64,000 bases of DNA from a virus. Taxonomy: Duplodnaviria > Caudoviricetes. This document shows, piece after piece, positions 38,072 through 46,322 of the stretch. A program made the translations under genes and the position numbers. The stretch lies in the IMG/VR virus record IMGVR_UViG_3300032007_000028; one strand, written 5' to 3'. A model generated the notes under the pieces. That model saw nothing but the letters and a program-made list of their open reading frames with translations. It was not told the DNA's origin and did not search any database. Numbering within the stretch: the stretch's first letter is position 1; each line of letters opens with the position of its first letter.

Positions 38072-38289
38072 GAGTACATTATAGAGCTGAAACCGTCTTA
38101 ATTCAATATTTTTCGATTTTATTTATTTTTGCGTCAAACCATTTAATCGTTGTATTATATATTTAAAGAAAATACTATTTAAATAAATTAAAAGCATTTT
38201 CAAAAAACACTTTCATAATTCAAAAAACAAACGCCAAAAAACGTTATAGAGACGAAAAGAAAAGACCTCTATTCAGAGGTCGTTTTTCT

Positions 38290-38469
38290 TTATATCGACT
38301 GAACGTTGTCTATAGCGAATTCCTGTAGAACGTACTTATCTTCTCCAGGCTCGAAATTCACGTATACGACGCATGTTCCGTTACGTTCGTCTATTGACTG
38401 AAGAGTCCCTTCTTTACCGTCCCATATCGAGTCGGTATTGACGATTACGACTGCGTTACCTACTCCCAT
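38290..38469 (-). CDS. Small SH3/KOW-like protein
   Basis: VGNAVVIV...WDGKEGTLQSIDERNGTCVVYV pattern. Confidence 0.45.
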   Translation of the reverse strand: MGVGNAVVIVNTDSIWDGKEGTLQSIDERNGTCVVYVNFEPGEDKYVLQEFAIDNVQSI

Positions 38470-38471
38470 AA

Positions 38472-38780
38472 TCAATCACCGAACTTGCGTGCGTACTCTT
38501 GTTCTTGCTTCGCGTATTCGACGAATGCTTCGTAAGCAAGAGGCTCGCATCTGTCTTCGTACCAGCTTTCCATTTCGTCGAAGATGTTGTCAAGAGCGTC
38601 GAGGTCTTTCATCATGCTCCAGACGTCGTTGTCTTTGCCATCAAGTTCGACCATGTATTCTTTGCTGAAATACTCTCTGATTCCGTCAACGAAGATTTCA
38701 AACGGAACGTCATAAGTCCAATAATTGTCTTTGAAGTTCTCGTATTCGAACGAGTATACTACTTTGAATCCGCTTTTCAT
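38472..38780 (-). CDS. Acidic hypothetical protein
   Basis: Start MKSGF after GAGGAG SD. Confidence 0.55.
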   Translation of the reverse strand: MKSGFKVVYSFEYENFKDNYWTYDVPFEIFVDGIREYFSKEYMVELDGKDNDVWSMMKDLDALDNIFDEMESWYEDRCEPLAYEAFVEYAKQEQEYARKFGD

Positions 38781-38784
38781 CGAA

Positions 38785-40056
38785 TTACTCCTCTTCTTCA
38801 AGTTCCTTATCGAGGTCGACACGAGGGCTGACGCGCTCCTTCTTCACATCGACGATTGGTTCGAGACCGAGTTTCTTATCCCACTGATGTGCTCGTGCCA
38901 AGACTTTGTCGCTGACATTGTAGAGACCGTCGTCGTGATACGCTTTGTAGAGTTTGACGAACAGGTCTTCGAGGTCCTGATAGTCTTCCTTCGTCTCGAA
39001 ATCTTCGATTGCGCCTTGTCTGTCTTCTCCGTCGGGCCAGATATAGAGCCAGGAGCCATAGTAGGCTTCTTCGTTGTTCATGCCTGAAATAATTTCATTG
39101 AGTTGCCATGCAAGCACGCCATAAGGAATCTTGCGAGCTTCCTCTTTGAGTTTTGTATCTTTACCGAAGACGATGACTTTATCTTTCTTCGAAGATTTGT
39201 CTTTGCGATTAGAACGTTTAACGGATTCTTTGCACTCTTCGTTTATTCTTTCGAACTTAAGTTTGTGCCCGACAATCTTCTCCAAATCGTTGAACGACGT
39301 AAAGTCGCCAAAGCCTTCGTCACCATCGTCTTCAAGCCCTAATTTTTTAGCATCTTCAAGGGAGATATCTGCTTTAAACTTATTTCTGTTGGTTTTATCG
39401 TTATAGACGATTATAGCGAACCACGGCGCATCTTTCACATCATTGTTATAGTCCCATTCAATTTCCCACTTATCGTTTTTTGACTTGCCCTCTTCTAAGT
39501 TCTCGTCGTCGATTACTTCATCGGCATCATCGATATCGCTTTTTGGAATACCAAAGGCTTTTGCGATTTGACTCAATTCTGTTTCTGTAACGTCTGCTCT
39601 CGGCTTTCCGTCTTTATCGAAGAAATAATAGCACATTACTTCTTCATCATCGTTTCTGTTTCCTGATTTATTCCAGAAAGCATAGGAAACATTGGAGCCA
39701 TAAACATCGCCATATTCAGCTAATTTAAGTCCTAATTCTTCCGCTTTCTTTACTGCGTTATTGTAATTGCTGAAGGCTAAAATTTCTTTATCTTCGTTGC
39801 CCAATAAAGTATAGCCTTCTTTCACCTTCTTAGACCCTTTAATGAATTGTCTTTCGTTCTTCATGGTTTCTTTCAAATCATCCTTTATGATTTCGTCTTT
39901 GTCGTTAAAATCAGTCGCCTCAACGTCGCCAATGAATTTGCGAATTTCCTGCTTTGCTTCTGCGAGCGTGTCGTAATACTCGTACCAGTCGACAATGAGA
40001 TATTTACCGTCTCTCGTTTTGACGATTTCGTAGCCTTCGTAGTTTATGCTTTCCAT
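38785..40056 (-). CDS. Acidic multi-module protein (putative internal head polyprotein)
   Basis: Late motif upstream; LKE/VKE/LEE/INE linkers; AT-rich internal modules. Confidence 0.55.
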   Translation of the reverse strand: MESINYEGYEIVKTRDGKYLIVDWYEYYDTLAEAKQEIRKFIGDVEATDFNDKDEIIKDDLKETMKNERQFIKGSKKVKEGYTLLGNEDKEILAFSNYNNAVKKAEELGLKLAEYGDVYGSNVSYAFWNKSGNRNDDEEVMCYYFFDKDGKPRADVTETELSQIAKAFGIPKSDIDDADEVIDDENLEEGKSKNDKWEIEWDYNNDVKDAPWFAIIVYNDKTNRNKFKADISLEDAKKLGLEDDGDEGFGDFTSFNDLEKIVGHKLKFERINEECKESVKRSNRKDKSSKKDKVIVFGKDTKLKEEARKIPYGVLAWQLNEIISGMNNEEAYYGSWLYIWPDGEDRQGAIEDFETKEDYQDLEDLFVKLYKAYHDDGLYNVSDKVLARAHQWDKKLGLEPIVDVKKERVSPRVDLDKELEEEE

Positions 40057-40095
40057 GATATTGACCTCAATCAAATAATTTAGCGTAGTCGAAAA

Positions 40096-40290
40096 TCAGT
40101 CGTAGTTCTCCCTGCGATAGTCTTTGCGGTGCTTTTCGCCCTTATGCTTTTTGCTCTCGATTACGTGAGCGTGAGTGGTCATGATGTGATGAAGATGGAC
40201 TTCGTTTCTCATCTTGACGTCAGACACATTCAAGTGCACGACGATTTTACCGCTTTGCGTCTTTTCGATTTTCTTCGTTCTCTTTTTCAT
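40096..40290 (-). CDS. Small basic His-rich protein, probably leaderless early gene
   Basis: TTGACA-17-TAAAAT (40297-40325) ends 6 nt before the ATG. Confidence 0.55.
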   Translation of the reverse strand: MKKRTKKIEKTQSGKIVVHLNVSDVKMRNEVHLHHIMTTHAHVIESKKHKGEKHRKDYRRENYD

Positions 40291-40325
40291 GGTTACATTT
40301 TAATGCTTACGAAACTTTCTGTCAA

Positions 40326-41795
40326 TCACAAATCGATATCGTACATCTTTTTTATATCGGCTTTCGTAAGCCAACCGTGAAACAGCGCGTCCTTCGCGAA
40401 CTTATAATTATTCGCATACGTGCGAGCTTTGCCCTTATCGATGACGAAGTTTCCATTTCTGAACTGTTTGAGATGATATTCGGTTCTCATCCACAGAAGG
40501 GAGTGATTTATGCCCGAATTCGCCCACGTGGAAGGAGCTTTCTCGTCTCTGTTCTGAAACTGCGTGCATTTGATGCCGTGAATCGTATCGAACGACAAGT
40601 CTCTGTATTTATATCTGAGAAGATTGGAGAATATGGTGTCCTCATAACCTTCTCCGTTTTGAGGGTCTATGTCGACCATCGGCTCCCTCTGATATACGTA
40701 TCTGCTTATCGCGCAGAGATTGAGTTGGGCCGCATCGTACTGAAGGAAGACGAATCCGTTCGGATGCAGATTCAACTCGTCCATGTAGGCTTGCGCTATC
40801 AACGGCCCAATCGTCTCCACGATGCAGTCGTCGTCCATCATGATGAGATAGTCGAAATTCGTTTTCAGAAACGCCTCACGAAGTTTCTTGCGTGCGTTGA
40901 GTATGCCGAGTTTCTGGAATTTACGAACATCGACGTTTTTCACAAAGTTCGGTACTTCGTAGTCCTTCCAGTTCTGAGCGATTATCAGCCAATTTACGTC
41001 GCCGAATAAATCGTTAATCTGCTTGAACAGTCTATCAAGTCTCTCGATTCTCAAAGAACGGGCTGGTTCTGCATCTGGTATATACGACACGACGCCAAAC
41101 ACTTTGCTCAGTTCCCTTGCTTTTCCCTCTTCTTTGTTCAAGAAGTATTCTATTCTGTCCACGTCGTTCTCTCTGCCGTTGATGTTGTCTATGTCGGTCG
41201 TACAGTCGTTTATGCACACGAAATGCGATTCGACAGCGTTCGAATTGATGTTCAAGCCATTTAGATGCCTGTATAGTTCCCACGCTATTGGATGACGCGC
41301 AACCTTTCCCTTTTTGTACAACTCCTTCACTTCACGTATGCCTTTGAAGAACGATTTCGTGTCGAAGACCTTGAATGCGAACGGTTCATACCATGTCTTG
41401 ATTAAATACCCTTCCGATGAAGTGGGATTGCTTCCGAACAGCAAAGACGTATCCGATTGGGCATCGACGATTCTGTCAATCGCCCTCTCGCTGTAGAAGA
41501 CGTCGCCGAAAAGATAGCAACATGATTCGCCGAAATCGTGAAACGCGTCGAGCCACCAGCCCTTCATATTCGTCCACGACTTGTCTTGGCTGAAGTCGTT
41601 TTTTCTGTCCTCTACGCGTGTTACCCCACACGAATCGAACGCAGGGTTGTTGCTCGTTATCACAATGTCTTCTATCCCACGCTCTCTGAGAAGGCGAATC
41701 GTTCTGTCTACGATTCTCTCGCCTCTGACTTTCGCGAATTGCTTTGGGGTCGCGAAGTTTTTGTATTGTCCCCCACACATTATGACATACTTCAT
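40326..41795 (-). CDS. Fusion of NTP-transferase (LicC/IspD-like) and GT-A glycosyltransferase-like domain
   Basis: N-terminal IMCGG...PKQFAKVRGERIVDRTIRLL; C-terminal domain with MMDDD motif, paralogous to 50785..51408. Confidence 0.7.
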   Translation of the reverse strand: MKYVIMCGGQYKNFATPKQFAKVRGERIVDRTIRLLRERGIEDIVITSNNPAFDSCGVTRVEDRKNDFSQDKSWTNMKGWWLDAFHDFGESCCYLFGDVFYSERAIDRIVDAQSDTSLLFGSNPTSSEGYLIKTWYEPFAFKVFDTKSFFKGIREVKELYKKGKVARHPIAWELYRHLNGLNINSNAVESHFVCINDCTTDIDNINGRENDVDRIEYFLNKEEGKARELSKVFGVVSYIPDAEPARSLRIERLDRLFKQINDLFGDVNWLIIAQNWKDYEVPNFVKNVDVRKFQKLGILNARKKLREAFLKTNFDYLIMMDDDCIVETIGPLIAQAYMDELNLHPNGFVFLQYDAAQLNLCAISRYVYQREPMVDIDPQNGEGYEDTIFSNLLRYKYRDLSFDTIHGIKCTQFQNRDEKAPSTWANSGINHSLLWMRTEYHLKQFRNGNFVIDKGKARTYANNYKFAKDALFHGWLTKADIKKMYDIDL

Positions 41796-42172
41796 GCATT
41801 GATTCCTTTCTTCAGATAACTACTCGAAACGTTGGGCGTCCTATCGACGTACACGACCGCACAGTCGAGATAATCGAACTTGCCAATCCAATCGCTTCCC
41901 ATCACGAATACGTCGATGCCGTATTTGCGTATGTCGTCCGCTTTCTGCTCCCACGACGTCTCTGGGATTATCTCGTCTACGTACTTTATCGCCTCCAGAA
42001 GCCTCTTACGTTCGTCGTACTTCAAAAACGACTTCTTCCCTTTCAGCTCGTTGAACTCGTCAGTCGATAGACCCACGATTAGATAATCTCCAAGTTCCTT
42101 CGCCCTACGAAGAAGATTGATGTGCCCGTAATGCAGTGTGTCGAATGTTCCATAGGTGATTACTTTCGTCAT
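41792..42172 (-). CDS. tagD: Glycerol-3-phosphate cytidylyltransferase
   Basis: ITYGTFDTLHYGHINLLRRAKELGDYLIVGLSTDEFN...MGSDWIGKFDYL...RTPNVSSS. Confidence 0.9.
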   Translation of the reverse strand: MTKVITYGTFDTLHYGHINLLRRAKELGDYLIVGLSTDEFNELKGKKSFLKYDERKRLLEAIKYVDEIIPETSWEQKADDIRKYGIDVFVMGSDWIGKFDYLDCAVVYVDRTPNVSSSYLKKGINA

Positions 42173-42212
42173 ACTTTAAATTTAGTAGTCGATACAAGAG
42201 ATGCGAAAACTG

Positions 42213-42241
42213 TTGACGTTCATCCCAATATGCGATATAAT
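42213..42241 (+). promoter_or_regulatory. Sigma70 promoter TTGACG-17-TATAAT
   Basis: Near-consensus; precedes the only plus-strand genes in the window. Confidence 0.75.
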
Positions 42242-42270
42242 GTATACACAATCGAAAAAGGAGAACGACC

Positions 42271-42465
42271 ATGAAGAGATACGAAGTCTACATCTACAAA
42301 GGATTCCACTGCTGGTTACGCAGTGAGACGGACGACCTTCAAACCGCGCTCAACAATGCAGTTGAGATTGAAAAAAGCTCAAACGAAGACTTCGAGGGTA
42401 CGGCTATCTATGACAATAAGTCCGAACGCTGGTTCAATCGTCACGAGCGTGGCACTGCGAGGTAA
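42271..42465 (+). CDS. Hypothetical protein
   Basis: SD AAGGAG; promoter upstream. Confidence 0.7.
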   Translation: MKRYEVYIYKGFHCWLRSETDDLQTALNNAVEIEKSSNEDFEGTAIYDNKSERWFNRHERGTAR

Positions 42466-42473
42466 GTAAGAAC

Positions 42474-42743
42474 ATGAACACATACAAAGTATCGCTGTGG
42501 TGCGGGAGAGGATACTATCTCAACGAACCAGTCATCGTCGATGCCGAAGACGATGAGGAAGCATTGGTCAAAGCGAGCATCGCAGACAGAAACTGCTACA
42601 AGGTCTGTACGAACGGCCTGCTTGACTTCATGAACGACGAACTCGAAAACGACGAGAGATACATCTATCTAGATAGAAGTTGCTACGATGCGTATAACTG
42701 CTATCTGCTAATCGAAAACGCGAGAGTCGAGAAACTGTCTTAA
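42474..42743 (+). CDS. Hypothetical protein
   Basis: Coupled to the previous gene; followed by a terminator. Confidence 0.7.
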   Translation: MNTYKVSLWCGRGYYLNEPVIVDAEDDEEALVKASIADRNCYKVCTNGLLDFMNDELENDERYIYLDRSCYDAYNCYLLIENARVEKLS

Positions 42744-42746
42744 AAC

Positions 42747-42780
42747 AAAAGGGAGATGCTACTCTCCCTTTTTATTTATT
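42747..42780. terminator. Bidirectional intrinsic terminator
   Basis: AAAAGGGAGA-TGCTAC-TCTCCCTTTT between convergent genes. Confidence 0.75.
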
Positions 42781-42796
42781 TACTTATCGTTTTCGA

Positions 42797-43003
42797 TTAA
42801 GCCAATGCGATTGTATGTTCGACGATGTCTGCTCCACCAATTAACAATATCGCGTTGTTCTCTATCGTCGACGCACCGAGGATGATGTCGTTACCCTCTA
42901 TGATGTCGGGTTGAACGGGTGTGGGCTGAGAACCTTCTTCGACCCCCGACTGCATGTTCGTGATGAACGACAGAATGTGTTCTACGTAAGATTTTCTTTT
43001 CAT
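42797..43003 (-). CDS. Small protein of the YVE-x-I-x-x-FI-x-N family
   Basis: Shares its N-terminal motif with 43023..43508 and 60893..61417. Confidence 0.6.
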   Translation of the reverse strand: MKRKSYVEHILSFITNMQSGVEEGSQPTPVQPDIIEGNDIILGASTIENNAILLIGGADIVEHTIALA

Positions 43004-43022
43004 TTGTAGGTCTCCTTTAAAT

Positions 43023-43508
43023 TTATTCGCCTTTCAGATTGTAATATGAGATGAAGGTATTTCCATCTTCGGAAAGGAAGCCGTAGTAAGCGGAACAAGT
43101 CGGCAAACAAATCTTTGTATTGTCTGTAACTTCTTCTTGGCTGTCGACGACTGTGAAAGCACGAGATTCATAAGTAGAACCAGAACCTTTTATAAGATGC
43201 CAAATAGGTTGTCCATCTTGTTGTTGACCCAATTGCAGTCTAAAAGTATATTGCATCGAAGGATAGCCGATGCTAGCATTTAGTCGAGGAAATGATGATG
43301 CTTCAACTGGTTCAGCAGTTAATAGATTAAGATTTATTACTTCAGCCGCTTCTTCTATTGCTTCCAAATCAAACTCACATTTGTGATAGTAATCGACGCC
43401 GTCAATCGTGATGACAGGAACGGGTCCAACAGGTCCCTGTTCTTCGCTCCTCGAAGGTCTCATATTTGATATAAACGCGGTTATGTTTTCTACATAAGTA
43501 GTATGCAT
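43023..43508 (-). CDS. Variable-domain protein (YVE...PVPVITIDGVDYYH family), paralog of 60893..61417
   Basis: Conserved N- and C-termini with an unrelated middle; late motif upstream. Confidence 0.65.
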   Translation of the reverse strand: MHTTYVENITAFISNMRPSRSEEQGPVGPVPVITIDGVDYYHKCEFDLEAIEEAAEVINLNLLTAEPVEASSFPRLNASIGYPSMQYTFRLQLGQQQDGQPIWHLIKGSGSTYESRAFTVVDSQEEVTDNTKICLPTCSAYYGFLSEDGNTFISYYNLKGE

Positions 43509-43619
43509 TAAAATATCTCCTTTATTCGTTTCAATCAATTTAGCAACGAGTGGAAAGAGCTGAAAACAAAGAAAAAGTCTCAGTCTTAAGACTGAGACGT
43601 AGAGGATGAAGGATGAAGA

Positions 43620-44126
43620 TTAAGCAGTTTCTTCAACCCAAGTCAAAGTTCCGTTAACAGCTTTGAGAACGTAGGTTTTGGAAGATGCATCAGTTGGAAG
43701 CACAGGGCACGTTTTACACCAAGGCAGCCCATTAAGCCACGCAGAGATGTAAGGCAGTGCAGAGGTCTTATCTACATCTGTACGAGCACCAGCTATCATA
43801 CCATCGTTATCTGCTATAATACTTGTGATATAGACGGTAAAGCGAGCCAAGCCACCGTGGTCATCAAAGTTGTACAAACAATTTTCGTTGATAAACTTAT
43901 TACCATAAGTAGCAACTATTTCCGAAGGTGTCTTAAACGAAAGAATATCTCCATCGTATACAGGTATATAATTACTGCTTCCACCGGCTTCTCCAAGTTC
44001 GTAGCCGCCAGCGACCGCAACTTTCAACACTTTGCCGGCGTCTTCTGATGTTGCTTCAGGTATGCGTGCATCTTGTATCTCATACTCAACATCATTCTTT
44101 TTTACTTTGTTTACGAAATCTGACAT
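43620..44126 (-). CDS. Variable-domain putative virion fibre/decoration protein, paralog of 61999..62634
   Basis: MSDFVNKVKK...IQDARIPE and SKTYVLKxVNGTxxWVEExA shared with the paralog. Confidence 0.65.
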   Translation of the reverse strand: MSDFVNKVKKNDVEYEIQDARIPEATSEDAGKVLKVAVAGGYELGEAGGSSNYIPVYDGDILSFKTPSEIVATYGNKFINENCLYNFDDHGGLARFTVYITSIIADNDGMIAGARTDVDKTSALPYISAWLNGLPWCKTCPVLPTDASSKTYVLKAVNGTLTWVEETA

Positions 44127-44258
44127 AGCAATCAAAAACCTCCTAAGATTTCATATTCACTCAGGAAGTTATATCAGGGTCACCCCCCCCCCCTCACGTC
44201 TCATGAGAAGGAAAACGACCTTGAGTGCTCGCTTAATTTAGCAAAGAAAAAGCGTACA

Positions 44259-44486
44259 TCAGTACGCTTTGTATCTAATCACCTCATCTATGCCGTACTT
44301 GCTTTTGAAGTAATCAATCTCCTTCATGCAACCACTCAATGTGCCAATATATGACGATTCAACTTCGTTTCCCTCTTGGTCTTCGACGATGATGCACCAA
44401 GAACGAACGTGTCTGTCGTACCCATACGTGATTCGCGTTGGCTTCGAATCATAGGCTTTTTCGGGTTCGTCGAATACTATTTTCAT
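44259..44486 (-). CDS. Hypothetical protein
   Basis: SD GGAGG; small early-type operon. Confidence 0.6.
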   Translation of the reverse strand: MKIVFDEPEKAYDSKPTRITYGYDRHVRSWCIIVEDQEGNEVESSYIGTLSGCMKEIDYFKSKYGIDEVIRYKAY

Positions 44487-44498
44487 TGCTGGTCCTCC

Positions 44499-44717
44499 TT
44501 ATTCGATTACGATTTCACGACATTGCGATTTATAGTAGTCGTATTCTCGTTGATTGAGCCAGAACCAGCCCATATCGTCTGTACCGAAGTCCCTATCGTC
44601 TTCAGTGATATACGAACCACCGTCGATGAGATGAACTGGATGCTTGCCCTTCGTCTTGACGTCGTAGATATGCATCTTCGTGGGCTCGAAGTCTGCCCCA
44701 ATGAATTTAATGCTCAT
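44499..44717 (-). CDS. Hypothetical protein
   Basis: In an operon with its neighbours. Confidence 0.55.
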   Translation of the reverse strand: MSIKFIGADFEPTKMHIYDVKTKGKHPVHLIDGGSYITEDDRDFGTDDMGWFWLNQREYDYYKSQCREIVIE

Positions 44718-44723
44718 ACGTAA

Positions 44724-44915
44724 CTATTTCCCGTAGACTTCTTGGAACAACTTTTGATAGAGTGCTTCAGCTTCGTCAAGGCGTTCTTTGAGAACGGTGG
44801 GTTTTTCGTAAGCGCCTTCGCTTCCACGAACAGTCTCATCCAAATGCATAACATAATTGCCGACTAACTGAATGAGAAGTAATAATTCTTTGTTGCTGAG
44901 TTCATTAATGTTCAT
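44724..44915 (-). CDS. Hypothetical protein
   Basis: SD GAGGT; promoter TTGACG-17-TATAAT at 44938-44966. Confidence 0.6.
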   Translation of the reverse strand: MNINELSNKELLLLIQLVGNYVMHLDETVRGSEGAYEKPTVLKERLDEAEALYQKLFQEVYGK

Positions 44916-44969
44916 ACAATTCTACCTCTTTGCTTATATTATAGTGCGTAAGAGACGAGACGTCAACTA

Positions 44970-45620
44970 TCAATTCACCTCTGAATAATCATCCTCTTTC
45001 AGTTCGTATTTGCACAATTTCTTCAGACGCTTCATTTCCGTTTTGGAGTTCGCTATTAGATATAGATATCGATTCTTCGAGAATCTCTTCACCGGAATCC
45101 AACCACGCTCTTTGGCCATTTCCTTCGTGATGTTGACGCCACACTGTCTAGGATGTCTTAACCTACCGTCTTTGTCGAGAAAGAACGTCGCTTGACCAGT
45201 CTTCCCTATATAATAAAAGTGCGTAGCTTGATATACGATTCCCTTATGACCTTGCGTAGAGTCCGAAAAAGAAATAACTGCCTTTATTCTGGGCAAATCT
45301 GTCTTAAGCAACTTCAAACATCTGGATATGAAATACGACTCCGTATTCTTTGGGGTACCGTCTAGCACATGAAGACGATGCAGTTCTATGACGCTGTCTT
45401 TATACTCTTCGCCAAACACGGATGCCCGTACGTTCTCAGAACACGGGGTTGCAAAAGCAAGCGCACCAATCAGATTCCCCTCTTTGTCGAATAAACCGTA
45501 ACAGGGAGAAGGGCCGTTATGACAACCGTGGGAATAATGATTCTTTATGATGTATTCTTTCGCTTGTTTAGCTGGAATTCTTTTAACCTCGTAATCAATC
45601 ATTTTTAGCCTCGTAATCAA
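44970..45620 (-). CDS. Mom-like DNA-modification (GNAT-fold) protein
   Basis: IIKNHYSH...ELHRLHVLDGTPKNTESYFISRCLK...ISFSDSTQGHKGIVYQATHFYYIG. Confidence 0.75.
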   Translation of the reverse strand: MITRLKMIDYEVKRIPAKQAKEYIIKNHYSHGCHNGPSPCYGLFDKEGNLIGALAFATPCSENVRASVFGEEYKDSVIELHRLHVLDGTPKNTESYFISRCLKLLKTDLPRIKAVISFSDSTQGHKGIVYQATHFYYIGKTGQATFFLDKDGRLRHPRQCGVNITKEMAKERGWIPVKRFSKNRYLYLIANSKTEMKRLKKLCKYELKEDDYSEVN

Positions 45621-45627
45621 TCATCGT

Positions 45628-46275
45628 TTAATTATTATACAATATTCTTTTCAAACATTCGTAAGTGAACAAGTCTGTGAGATTATAACAATCGAGCATA
45701 TTGTTGTCGAGAAAGTAAGAACGATTCTTAGACAACTGCTCAGGCGCAATCGACATGAATTCATTCATCATGCGAACGATGCCGTGAACGCACATATCGA
45801 CTGGCAACGAACCACAATTCTTGGTGAACGACGGGGCATCGTAATCGAAGCCTTGAACGTCATGTGCGCCAAACAATCGCTCAATCACAGACGAAGTAAG
45901 TTGAATGAAGAACGGGATTCTAACCACTTTATATCCCGCTTTCGTATAGAGCTTTTCGCTCTCGCTGTCACGTTCAATCTGATGTTTGCTTTGATAGTGA
46001 GGAAGACCGTCGAACTCGACAATCAACTTCAAAGATTCGCTTTTGTAGTCAGGTCTCTTTCTGCTGATGCTCTTATCGCTTCCACCAAACGGCTTATCGT
46101 GTATGAAGTCGTCTACGTTCGGAAATATGCGCTTAAGATACACATCTAATCCAGTGCGTTCGATTCCCGTGTCTACGTCGACACCTGCGCGTTCTGCGTC
46201 TTCTGTTGTTTCTCTCAAATAACCTAGTTTCATAGTTTCATTATACAGTCGTTTTGAATCTACGTCAATATGCAA
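45628..46275 (-). CDS. DUF559/Vsr-like endonuclease
   Basis: RPDY...LIVEFDGLPHY...D...GYKVVRIP. Confidence 0.7.
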   Translation of the reverse strand: MHIDVDSKRLYNETMKLGYLRETTEDAERAGVDVDTGIERTGLDVYLKRIFPNVDDFIHDKPFGGSDKSISRKRPDYKSESLKLIVEFDGLPHYQSKHQIERDSESEKLYTKAGYKVVRIPFFIQLTSSVIERLFGAHDVQGFDYDAPSFTKNCGSLPVDMCVHGIVRMMNEFMSIAPEQLSKNRSYFLDNNMLDCYNLTDLFTYECLKRILYNN

Positions 46276-46303
46276 AAAAAAGAGACTCCGAAGAGTCTCT
46301 TTT
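46274..46303 (-). terminator. Intrinsic terminator after the major capsid gene
   Basis: AAAGAGACTC-TTCG-GAGTCTCTTT followed by a U-tract. Confidence 0.85.
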
Positions 46304-46322
46304 GTCGTTAGTCGAGCCTGAA

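Noticed and set aside
44183-44193. Poly-C tracts as coding-frame phase-variation switches
   Set aside because: Both tracts lie in 5' leaders, not within credible ORFs, so they cannot shift a reading frame; they are kept only as part of the leader-structure finding
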